Positions 49,909-58,577 of a DNA stretch of 64,000 nucleotides are shown here, one piece after another (the first letter of the stretch is position 1; each line of letters begins with the position of its first letter). Under the pieces are notes generated by a model, which saw only the letters and a program-made list of their open reading frames with translations, did no database searches and had not been told where the DNA came from. Source of the DNA: Pseudomonadales bacterium (GTDB taxonomy: Bacteria > Pseudomonadota > Gammaproteobacteria > Pseudomonadales > UBA3067); NCBI GenBank assembly GCA_040235475.1, contig JBECKY010000057.1, positions 2,257-66,256 of the forward strand. The letters are read 5' to 3'. Both the position numbers and the translations under genes were made by a program.

Positions 49909-49918
49909 AAATGAAAAT

Positions 49919-50416
49919 ATGTTCAGGGAAAAGTTAAACAATAAACGCATACTGATACCATTAATGCTCGTTTTGTGCATCTTTGATGTGGAAGAAAGTA
50001 AGGCAGAGATTTATCAGTGGACCGATGAAAATGGAAAAATTCATTTTGGCGACAAATTACCAGAGTACAAGATTAAAAATAAAGAAATACTTAAACAAGA
50101 CAACCCGTCTTCGCTGATAAAAGGCAGCGCAGAAGATATTCAACGTGAGAGAAAACAAGCAGAGTCGTGGTACATACAAAGAATAGAGAAAAGCCGGGTT
50201 GATGATATAAAAATTAAAAAGAAAGAAAAGGAAAGGGTAAGAGAAAACAAGATAAAACAAAAAAAATGTGAAAAATACAAGAAAAAATTAAGCGATTATG
50301 AGGCGCAACTTAAAGCCAAAAAGCGAGCCGGCATAAAACCCAGTCATGAAAACCAGATGAAAATTACCATTGAGCAATACCAAAGAGATGTTGCCCACTA
50401 TTGTCAAAACCCATGA
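49919..50416 (+). CDS. DUF4124-domain exported protein
   Basis: Signal-like N-terminus, AEIYQWTDENGKIHFGDK motif, Lys/Glu coiled coil, two Cys in the mature part. Confidence 0.8.
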   Translation: MFREKLNNKRILIPLMLVLCIFDVEESKAEIYQWTDENGKIHFGDKLPEYKIKNKEILKQDNPSSLIKGSAEDIQRERKQAESWYIQRIEKSRVDDIKIKKKEKERVRENKIKQKKCEKYKKKLSDYEAQLKAKKRAGIKPSHENQMKITIEQYQRDVAHYCQNP

Positions 50417-50586
50417 AACAGTGGGCATTTAGCGGCGGTGGTTCTCATAGACGTATGGGTGTCGCCCGGTTGTCCGCTTTGAGCTTGGCGGGTGTTATTT
50501 TTGACTTCTCCTGCTGCAAACAAAGTTAAACACACAAAATAACCGCCCCTGGCGGGCCATCGTATTTACGCGAAGACTTTTCAAGC

Positions 50587-52611
50587 CTAACTCAGCAAGT
50601 TGCGCAGCTTGTCCAGGTGGGCCTGAGCTAAAGCGTCGCTGTCTTCTTTTGAAGAGGCCTTTTCATTTTTGCCTTCCCACTGTAAATGATCCTGAGGTAG
50701 TTCTTCGAGAAAACGGCTGGGTTCCGGTGAGACAAGGGAGCCGTATTGTTTGCGTTTTGCCGCCAGGGTGAGGCTCAAGGTACGTTGTGCGCGGGTAATG
50801 CCCACGTAAAATAAGCGCCGCTCTTCTTCAATATTGCCTTCTTCAATGCTGTTGCGGTGAGGTAGCAGCTCTTCTTCCATGCCGATTAAAAACACGTGGG
50901 GGTATTCCAGGCCTTTTGAGGCATGCAGGGTTGTTAGCTGAACGCGGTCGCTGTCGTCTTCCTGCTCTTGCTGTTCGAGCATATCCAGTAGCACCAGTTT
51001 GCTGATAACGCTTTTTAAATCCTGGGCGTCGTCGTCATCATTTTTTTCAGCCTTGTCAAGCATGGTTTTAATTGATTCCACCAACTGCCAGATGTTTTCC
51101 ATTTTTCGCTCAGCCATTTTGCTGTTGCTGAGTTGCTCAAACAGCCAGGTTTCGTAGCCGGTTTCGTCAATCATTTCCTTAATTGCTGTTACCGCGGAGT
51201 CGCGCTGCGTTTGTTCCGCTACGCGGGACAACCATTGGGTAAAGCGTCGCAGGTTTGTCACCGCGCGTTCAGGCAGGTGTTGCTCCAGGCCGATCTCTTC
51301 GCAGGCGGCAAATAAACTGACTTGCCGTTCGCGGGCATAGGTGCCGAGTTTTTCCAAAGTGCTGGGGCCAATTTCCCGGCGCGGGACATTAACAATGCGA
51401 ATAAAGGCATTGTCGTCGTCGGGATTAATCACCAGGCGCAAATAGGACATGATGTCTTTAATTTCTCCGCGTGCAAAAAATGAAGTGCCACCACTGACTC
51501 GGTAGGGCACTTGCAAAGCCTGAAGTTTTAACTCAATTAAACGTGATTGGAAGTTTCCCCGATAGAGCACCGCATAGTCTTTGAATTGAGTGTTGTGACG
51601 GACCCGATGATTAAGAATATCGGTAGCAATACGTTCGGCTTCATCATCTTCGTTGGTGCAGTGAATAATTCTGATGGGATTGCCGGGGCCGAGTTCGCTC
51701 CATAATTTTTTTTCAAACACGTGGGGATTATTTTGAATAACCGCATTAGCCGCTTTAAGAATGGTGCCGGTGGAGCGGTAGTTTTGTTCCAGTTTGATCA
51801 AGTGAAGTTGTGGAAAGTCGACTTTAAGCTGTGCCAGATTTTCCGGGTTGGCACCACGCCAGGAGTAAATCGATTGATCGTCGTCACCCACTACTGTAAA
51901 AGCGGCACGCACACCGGTTAACAATTTCACCATCAGGTATTGCGCGGCATTGGTGTCCTGGTATTCGTCTACCAGTAAGTAACGAATACGGTTTTGCCAT
52001 TTTTGCCGTAGCTCATCATTATCTTTTAATAACAAGGTTGGCAGCATGATTAAATCATCAAAGTCTACAGCGTTGTAGGCAATTAAATGGCGGTTATATA
52101 TCTGATAAAGATGGGCTGCGAAACGTTCATCGTTGTCCTGAGCATTGGATAGGGCTTCGGCAGGCAAAATAAACTGGCTTTTCCAGTTGGAAATCATGTT
52201 TCTAATGCTGTCGGCAATATCGTTTTCAGTGAGGTTTTCTTGCAGCATTAATGCTTTAATAAGTTGTGTGCTGTCGGCGGCATCAAAAATACTAAAGCCT
52301 GATTTTAAGTTTAAAGCTTTTGCTTCCGAGCGAATAATTTTTAAACCCAGGGTGTGAAAGGTGGAAATAGTCAGTCCACGAGTGTTTTTACCGGATAGCA
52401 TTTTGCCAACACGTTGCTTCATTTCTCTGGCGGCTTTGTTGGTAAAGGTAACCGCAACAATACGGTTTGCAGGAAATTCACATTGGTTAATAAGGTAAGC
52501 AATTTTTTCGGTAATAACCCGGGTTTTGCCTGAGCCAGCCCCGGCCAGCACCAGGCAGGGGGCATCAATATAACGGGTAGCTTCGAGTTGTCGTGGATTA
52601 AGTTTGGTCAA
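50587..52611 (-). CDS. rep: ATP-dependent DNA helicase Rep
   Basis: LAGAGSGKT, DEYQDTN, LEQNYRS, HASKGLE, EERRLFYVGITRA; 674 aa. Confidence 0.95.
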   Translation of the reverse strand: MTKLNPRQLEATRYIDAPCLVLAGAGSGKTRVITEKIAYLINQCEFPANRIVAVTFTNKAAREMKQRVGKMLSGKNTRGLTISTFHTLGLKIIRSEAKALNLKSGFSIFDAADSTQLIKALMLQENLTENDIADSIRNMISNWKSQFILPAEALSNAQDNDERFAAHLYQIYNRHLIAYNAVDFDDLIMLPTLLLKDNDELRQKWQNRIRYLLVDEYQDTNAAQYLMVKLLTGVRAAFTVVGDDDQSIYSWRGANPENLAQLKVDFPQLHLIKLEQNYRSTGTILKAANAVIQNNPHVFEKKLWSELGPGNPIRIIHCTNEDDEAERIATDILNHRVRHNTQFKDYAVLYRGNFQSRLIELKLQALQVPYRVSGGTSFFARGEIKDIMSYLRLVINPDDDNAFIRIVNVPRREIGPSTLEKLGTYARERQVSLFAACEEIGLEQHLPERAVTNLRRFTQWLSRVAEQTQRDSAVTAIKEMIDETGYETWLFEQLSNSKMAERKMENIWQLVESIKTMLDKAEKNDDDDAQDLKSVISKLVLLDMLEQQEQEDDSDRVQLTTLHASKGLEYPHVFLIGMEEELLPHRNSIEEGNIEEERRLFYVGITRAQRTLSLTLAAKRKQYGSLVSPEPSRFLEELPQDHLQWEGKNEKASSKEDSDALAQAHLDKLRNLLS

Positions 52612-52663
52612 AATTTACTACTGCTTTTTGCTAAGAGTGAAGGTTTGCTTAGGGTTGAGAAAA

Positions 52664-54187
52664 TTAGAGGGAGGTAAACCGGGGTCGATAACTGAGAGCC
52701 TCCATAAGTTGTGATTGTTGAATATCAGCTGAGTCTTCCAAGTCGGCAATGGTGCGTGCCACGCGCAGTATTCGATGAAAGGCTCGGGCTGACAAGGCCA
52801 GTTTTTCAGCGGCTTGTTCCAGTAATAATTGGTTCTGTTCGCTCAAGGGGCAATATTTTTCAATATCCTGGCTGTTTAATAAAAAATTCGCTTTACCTTG
52901 CCTTTGACTTTGCTTGTTTCTGGCAAAGCATACCCGTTGTTGTACAGTCTGGCTGGTTTCTGCGGGCTGGTGGGTGCGGCGTAATTCTGCATGCGGCACG
53001 ACGGGTACGGTAATGTGCAGATCGATGCGATCCATTAAAGGCCCGGACAGTTTGTTGCGGTAGCGCTTAATGTGTTCCGGGTTGCAGTGGCACCGGCCTG
53101 AGGGATCTCCATGGTAACCACAAGGGCAAGGGTTCATGGCGGCAATTAACTGAAAACTGGCCGGGTATTTAACCTGTTGTGCGGCCCGGGAAATCATAAT
53201 TTCTCCAGACTCCAGGGGTTCGCGCAGTACTTCCAGAACCCTGCGATCAAACTCCGGCAGTTCATCAAGAAATAATACGCCGCGATGGGCCAGCGAAATT
53301 TCTCCGGGCCTTGGATTGCTGCCACCGCCCACCAGGGCAACGGCGGAGGCTGTATGGTGGGGGTTTCTGAACGGGCGGCTGCACCAATTGTGTTCGGCAC
53401 AGGTGTTGCCCAGGGTAATGGAGGCAATGGCCGCCACTTCAAGCGCTTCATCTTCGGTTAAGGGTGGTAGTATGCCGGGCAGGCGCGAAGCCAGCATGGT
53501 TTTGCCGGTACCCGGAGGGCCGCTCATTAGCAAGCTGTGGCCACCGGCGGCTGCAATTTCCAGGGCGCGCTTGGCCTGGTGCTGGGCTTTTACATCGGCC
53601 ATGTCGGCTGAAGGCCTGGACACGTTTAATGATGCCGGAAGCGCACGGCTTGGTTGTGGGTGCAATGTTGATGCTTTGTTGCCCATCAGATAGCCACAAA
53701 CATCCAGCAGACTGGTGGCGGCAATCACGCTGGCCTTGTTTGGCAGAGCGGCCTCATCGCCATTCTCGTAGGGTACAAAAATTGTGCGATTTTTGTGGGT
53801 GCTGGCAATGGAAGCGGGCAGCAGGCCCAGCACTGGGCGCAATTCACCGGATAAGGCCAGTTCACCGAGAAATTCCTTGTTGTGTAAGGTTTCTGGAGGA
53901 ATTTGTCCCGATGCGGCGAGAATGCCCAGGGCAATGGCAAGGTCAAAGCGGCCACCTTCTTTGGGTAAATCCGCTGGCGCCAGGTTTATGGTGATGCGGC
54001 GGGTGGGGAAGTCAAAATTGGAGTTGATAATGGCACTGCGTACCCGGTCCTTGCTTTCTCGAACTGCGGCTTCAGGTAAGCCAACAATCGATAGCCCTGG
54101 CAAGCCTGGCGACAGGTGGGTTTCAACGGTCACTTCCGGGGCATCAATGCCCAGGCGTGCACGAGTATGGACTACAGCTAGAGACAT
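52664..54187 (-). CDS. comM: YifB/ComM-family AAA+ helicase (competence protein M)
   Basis: VGLPEAAVRESKDRV, NLAPADLPKEG, GPPGTGKT, AAMNPCPCG; start moved to ATG 54187. Confidence 0.92.
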   Translation of the reverse strand: MSLAVVHTRARLGIDAPEVTVETHLSPGLPGLSIVGLPEAAVRESKDRVRSAIINSNFDFPTRRITINLAPADLPKEGGRFDLAIALGILAASGQIPPETLHNKEFLGELALSGELRPVLGLLPASIASTHKNRTIFVPYENGDEAALPNKASVIAATSLLDVCGYLMGNKASTLHPQPSRALPASLNVSRPSADMADVKAQHQAKRALEIAAAGGHSLLMSGPPGTGKTMLASRLPGILPPLTEDEALEVAAIASITLGNTCAEHNWCSRPFRNPHHTASAVALVGGGSNPRPGEISLAHRGVLFLDELPEFDRRVLEVLREPLESGEIMISRAAQQVKYPASFQLIAAMNPCPCGYHGDPSGRCHCNPEHIKRYRNKLSGPLMDRIDLHITVPVVPHAELRRTHQPAETSQTVQQRVCFARNKQSQRQGKANFLLNSQDIEKYCPLSEQNQLLLEQAAEKLALSARAFHRILRVARTIADLEDSADIQQSQLMEALSYRPRFTSL

Positions 54188-54233
54188 AGAAAGAATGACA
54201 CCTTGCGCCGCAGGGTATTGATTGAATTTGTGT

Positions 54234-54497
54234 TCACTTGGTCTCTGACTTAGCCGCCATGGCTTGCTCCAGCTGTTCAAGTTGTTTTTCTAGCGCTTCT
54301 AATTTGGCTCTGGTTTTGGCCAATACGGCTGTTTGAATGTCAAATTCTTCTCTGCTAACCACATTTAATTTGGCAAAAGATTCCGTTACCAGTGCTTTTA
54401 TATTATGGTGCAAATCTTTGCGGGCATCGGACAGGCCGGAGGGGAGCATGCGTGTAACGCCATCGCTTATTTGCTGGACAATACTTTCGGGCTTCAT
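54234..54497 (-). CDS. ubiK: Ubiquinone biosynthesis accessory factor UbiK (YqiC/BMFP family)
   Basis: LNVVSREEFDIQTAVLAKTRAKLEALE. Confidence 0.9.
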   Translation of the reverse strand: MKPESIVQQISDGVTRMLPSGLSDARKDLHHNIKALVTESFAKLNVVSREEFDIQTAVLAKTRAKLEALEKQLEQLEQAMAAKSETK

Positions 54498-54743
54498 GGT
54501 CAGGGCTTCACTCTAAGTGGGTCTTGATTTAGTAGAGCACAATGGGAATCAGGGGCGACTGTGTGCTGTTGCCGCTGACTAAGGTTGCGATGGTAGCATG
54601 TTATTTTTCGGCTTTGTATCCATTGGGCTGGCTGATTGTTTAATATGGGCGTCTTGAGCGGAAGGTGGTGTAAACCATTGTCTTTGGTTTCTAAAGATAC
54701 TCAAGCAAGCTGCCCGGTCTGTTTTGGGGCATTTTTCAGGCGC

Positions 54744-54760
54744 CGCTCCAGAATGGTGCA
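54744..54760. promoter_or_regulatory. Candidate NtrC binding site
   Basis: CGCTCCA-GAA-TGGTGCA versus consensus TGCACCA-N3-TGGTGCA (12 of 14), upstream of porin-glnK-amtB. Confidence 0.65.
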
Positions 54761-54883
54761 TGGCGGTGCTCTACGGTGAGCCGGTCTCGTAATCAGGTGC
54801 TGCGCATAATCTAAAACTGTTTTGACCAAAGAGTGGCACCCAAGGCCTAAGCCTAAACTTCAATGTAGTGAGGATCATCGATA

Positions 54884-55627
54884 ATGACGAATACAAGAGT
54901 ATCAACAGTAACTGCTTACCTGGTAATGATTTGCTGCATAAGCACGGCATCGGTATCGACAACAGTGATGGCTGATTTAACCGGTAATAGCACCCTTACT
55001 TCAAATTACATCTTTCGGGGTCTGGATCAATCCAATCGCTCCCCCGCGGTGCAGGGTGGTTTCGACTGGAGCCACGGTTCAGGCCTGTATACAGGTGTCT
55101 GGGCTTCGAGTGTTGCGCGCGGCAACGAGGGCAGTATAGAAGCAGACGCCTACCTGGGCTATGCCACCGAATGGCAAAAATACGGCGTAGGCCTGGATTT
55201 TGGCTTTATTCATTACCGCTTTCCCCACATTAGCGCTGAAAACAATGAAATTTACGGCGTCGTCAGCTACAAAGGTTTTAGTGCCAGTCTGTGGTATGAG
55301 CTTAATGAAAACACTGAAAAAATGTTAGTGGCCGGACAATGGGAAGAGGTGCCAGGTGAAAGTAATGCCAATACCTTTGTTTATGGGCGGCTAGCCTATG
55401 AAATAACAGTTGGGCCTGAAATTGGCATAAGTGTTGCATTAGGTCAACAAACGCTCGATGCGGATTTTGACAGAAGCGGTGCTGAGCTCGACGACATTGT
55501 CGACTGGTCGTTTGGTGTTAGCAAGGCATTCTTCGGGGTTGATTTTGGTCTAATGTATACCGACACCAACCTCGATACGGATGAAAAAACTGATTTTATC
55601 ACCTTGAGTTTGTCGAAAAGTCTGTAA
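54884..55627 (+). CDS. TorF-family putative outer-membrane porin
   Basis: Signal peptide; SNYIFRGLDQS, PAVQGGFD, GLYTGVWAS; alternating beta-strand pattern; upstream of glnK. Confidence 0.85.
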   Translation: MTNTRVSTVTAYLVMICCISTASVSTTVMADLTGNSTLTSNYIFRGLDQSNRSPAVQGGFDWSHGSGLYTGVWASSVARGNEGSIEADAYLGYATEWQKYGVGLDFGFIHYRFPHISAENNEIYGVVSYKGFSASLWYELNENTEKMLVAGQWEEVPGESNANTFVYGRLAYEITVGPEIGISVALGQQTLDADFDRSGAELDDIVDWSFGVSKAFFGVDFGLMYTDTNLDTDEKTDFITLSLSKSL

Positions 55628-55646
55628 TCGCTGCGTTTGAATCTAG

Positions 55647-56024
<378 letters not shown>

Positions 56025-56089
56025 TCGTTGCGGATAATTCATTCTTATTTCTTACTTTCTAACAAACAATTAGATTAGAGGCATTTATC

Positions 56090-57355
56090 GTGGAAAATAA
56101 TATTTTTCAATTACAGTATGCCATCGACACCTTTTACTTTTTAATGTGTGGTGCGTTGGTAATGTGGATGGCGGCCGGTTTCGCAATGCTCGAAGCTGGC
56201 TTGGTTCGTGCTAAGAACACCACTGAAATTCTAACCAAAAACGTCGCCCTGTTTGCGATTTCCTGCGTTATGTACATGGTGTGTGGCTATTACCTGATGT
56301 ACGGTGGCGACATATTCCTGACCGGTATTGAAACGGTTGACTCTGAAGCAGTGCTCAAGGAGTTCGCTGAAAGGGAAGACGGTTTTGAAGGTGGATCCAT
56401 TTATTCCACGGCTTCAGACTTTTTCTTCCAGGTGGTGTTTGTTGCAACCGCCATGTCTATCGTATCCGGTGCTGTTGCCGAACGAATGAAGTTATGGGCA
56501 TTCCTGGCGTTTGCCGTGGTAATGACCGGCCTGATTTATCCAATGGAAGGCTTGTGGACCTGGGGTGGTGGCGACGTATTCGGCCTGTATAACCTGGGTG
56601 ATTTAGGCTTCTCAGATTTTGCTGGTTCCGGCATTGTGCATATGGCTGGCGCAGCAGCAGCTTTAGCCGGGGTTTTACTGCTGGGTGCGCGTAAAGGCAA
56701 ATACGCTGCCAACGGCCAGGTTAACGCGATCCCAGGCTCTAATCTGCCTTTGGCTACCTTAGGAACCTTTATTTTGTGGATGGGCTGGTTTGGTTTTAAC
56801 GGTGGTTCAGTGTTAAAGCTGGGCGATATTGGCAATGCCAACTCCGTAGCCATGGTATTTTTAAATACCAATGCCGCTGCGGCTGGCGGCGCGATTGCTG
56901 CCTTGATTGTGGCCCGCTTGCTGTTTGGCAAGGCTGATTTAACCATGTTATTGAACGGCGCATTAGCCGGACTGGTTGCTATCACCGCTGAGCCATCCAC
57001 GCCGACTGCGTTACAGGCGACTTTATGGGGTGCTATGGGTGGTGTGCTGGTGGTCTTCAGTATCCTGACCCTGGATAAATTAAAAATTGATGACCCGGTG
57101 GGTGCAATTTCAGTCCACGGAACCTGTGGTTTACTGGGTTTAATCTTGGTGCCTATTACCAATACCGATGTCACTCTCGTGGGTCAATTGATCGGCGCAG
57201 CCACTATTTTTGGCTGGGTGTTTGGCGCAAGCCTGATTACCTGGGGCCTTATCAAACTTGTGATGGGTATTCGTGTTAGCGAAGACGAAGAGTACGAAGG
57301 TATGGATCTGATTGACTGCGGTATGGAAGCGTATCCGGAGTTTACCAACAAATAA
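56090..57355 (+). CDS. amtB: Ammonium transporter
   Basis: FFQVVF, SGAVAER, DFAGSGIVH, GWFGFNGGS, DDPVGAISVHG. Confidence 0.97.
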   Translation: MENNIFQLQYAIDTFYFLMCGALVMWMAAGFAMLEAGLVRAKNTTEILTKNVALFAISCVMYMVCGYYLMYGGDIFLTGIETVDSEAVLKEFAEREDGFEGGSIYSTASDFFFQVVFVATAMSIVSGAVAERMKLWAFLAFAVVMTGLIYPMEGLWTWGGGDVFGLYNLGDLGFSDFAGSGIVHMAGAAAALAGVLLLGARKGKYAANGQVNAIPGSNLPLATLGTFILWMGWFGFNGGSVLKLGDIGNANSVAMVFLNTNAAAAGGAIAALIVARLLFGKADLTMLLNGALAGLVAITAEPSTPTALQATLWGAMGGVLVVFSILTLDKLKIDDPVGAISVHGTCGLLGLILVPITNTDVTLVGQLIGAATIFGWVFGASLITWGLIKLVMGIRVSEDEEYEGMDLIDCGMEAYPEFTNK

Positions 57356-57385
57356 ATCATTATAGATTTTGCTGCTCATTAGCAT

Positions 57386-57413
57386 AAGGGGAACATTTGT
57401 TCCCCTTTTTTTT
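57386..57413 (+). terminator. Rho-independent terminator after amtB
   Basis: AAGGGGAAC-ATTT-GTTCCCCTT followed by a T run. Confidence 0.88.
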
Positions 57414-57462
57414 GTGTTAATCTTAGAGCGAAAGAGGTTTAGGTTAAGCGGCTTGATCGCAT

Positions 57463-58347
57463 CTATTTCATAAACTCAGGCAGGCAAGCCGAAGCGTCGT
57501 GTATCTCGTCATTATAATATTGGGTTTTAAAATCCGCGCTTCTTTTTTGCCGGTGAACTTCGCTGGCAGCTTGGTTACTGCTTTTACTGACCAGCAAGCA
57601 ACTCCACCAACCGGAAGGGTAAACAGGTTGCGGAAATGTTCTAAGCAGTGGGTGGCTGAAACCCGCGCTGGTTAAATCATTTTTCATCCCGGCAATAATA
57701 GAGTGAGTGTGATACAGTGGCGATTCACTTTGCTGTACCAACATGCCGCCTTCGGCCAGTGCCGAAAAACAGTACTGGTAAAAAGCTTCTGAAAAAAGCC
57801 CCGCAGCAGGCCCTACCGGGTCGGTTGAGTCAATAATCAAGATGTCGAGCGAGCCGGGTTTGCAGCTTTTTATCCACTCAATACCATCGGTAAACAGCAA
57901 GGATGCGCGTGGGTCGTCATTGCTTTCACACAGTTCAGGGAAATACTGCTTAGCAACTTCGGTAACTCTTTCATCCAGCTCTACCTGAGTAACCGCCGTC
58001 ACCGATTTGTGCTTAAGAACCTCTTTCAGAGTGCCGCAATCCCCGCCGCCGATGATGGCCACTGTTTTGGGCTGGGGGTGGCTGAGCAGCGCCGGGTGAG
58101 TCATCATTTCATGGTATAAAAAGTTGTCCCGCTGGCTTAGCATAATACAAGCATCGAGAACCATCAGCCTGCCAAAATGGCTGGTATCAAAAATCTCAAT
58201 AGTCTGAAACGGACTTTGTTCCTTATGTAACAAGGTCTTAAGCTGTAAACCAAAACTGGAGCCCTCGGAGGTGAATTTTTCGGTAAACCAGGAGGGTGAA
58301 TCCTCGGTGTTTGCGGTTTGCTTGCTTGGCGATGCTTGCTTTGTCAT
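57463..58347 (-). CDS. speE: Polyamine aminopropyltransferase (spermidine synthase family)
   Basis: YHEMMTH, IIGGGDCG, IIDSTDPVGPA, YPSGWWS. Confidence 0.94.
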   Translation of the reverse strand: MTKQASPSKQTANTEDSPSWFTEKFTSEGSSFGLQLKTLLHKEQSPFQTIEIFDTSHFGRLMVLDACIMLSQRDNFLYHEMMTHPALLSHPQPKTVAIIGGGDCGTLKEVLKHKSVTAVTQVELDERVTEVAKQYFPELCESNDDPRASLLFTDGIEWIKSCKPGSLDILIIDSTDPVGPAAGLFSEAFYQYCFSALAEGGMLVQQSESPLYHTHSIIAGMKNDLTSAGFSHPLLRTFPQPVYPSGWWSCLLVSKSSNQAASEVHRQKRSADFKTQYYNDEIHDASACLPEFMK

Positions 58348-58394
58348 AGGGTGGCGCTCAGGATTCGGGTTTCAAGGTTAGGGGTCAGTTGTAT

Positions 58395-58427
58395 GGGCAT
58401 TGATTATCGGGCATTGATTATCGGGCA
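58395..58427. repeat. Tandem direct repeat, 14-bp unit, 2.4 copies
   Basis: GGGCATTGATTATC GGGCATTGATTATC GGGCA in the speE/speA intergenic region. Confidence 0.9.
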
Positions 58428-58577
58428 ATAGCCAGCCAGGCGTGAAAGATACCCTGAAGTAAAAGAAAATTCCAGCAGGCTTTGCAAAAGCTATTGCAGG
58501 GGTACATTCTCCGTTAAACTACCCTTAAACCCCATGCCTGACCCAGGTAGCCATCTTAGCTCATTGACTGTAACAAT

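Noticed and set aside
50486..50548. Imperfect inverted repeat GGCGG..GTTATTTT / AAAATAACCGCC between DUF4124 and rep
   Set aside because: Bulged arms and a long loop; cannot be supported as a terminator or sRNA from sequence alone.
52664..54187. Magnesium chelatase / photosynthesis gene
   Set aside because: The Lon-like N-terminus and NPCPCG motif mark the YifB/ComM family, and no bch or chl genes are present.
54834..54848. sigma54 promoter at TGGCACCCAAGGCCT
   Set aside because: The GG and GC are 8 nt apart instead of the required 10.
56536..57174. 212-aa antisense ORF over amtB, and similar shadows over gyrB, comM, purE, trkH and the atp genes
   Set aside because: Opposite-strand or off-frame shadows of conserved genes with no recognisable motifs.
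58395..58427. CRISPR array
   Set aside because: The 14-bp units are directly adjacent with no spacers, and there are no cas genes.
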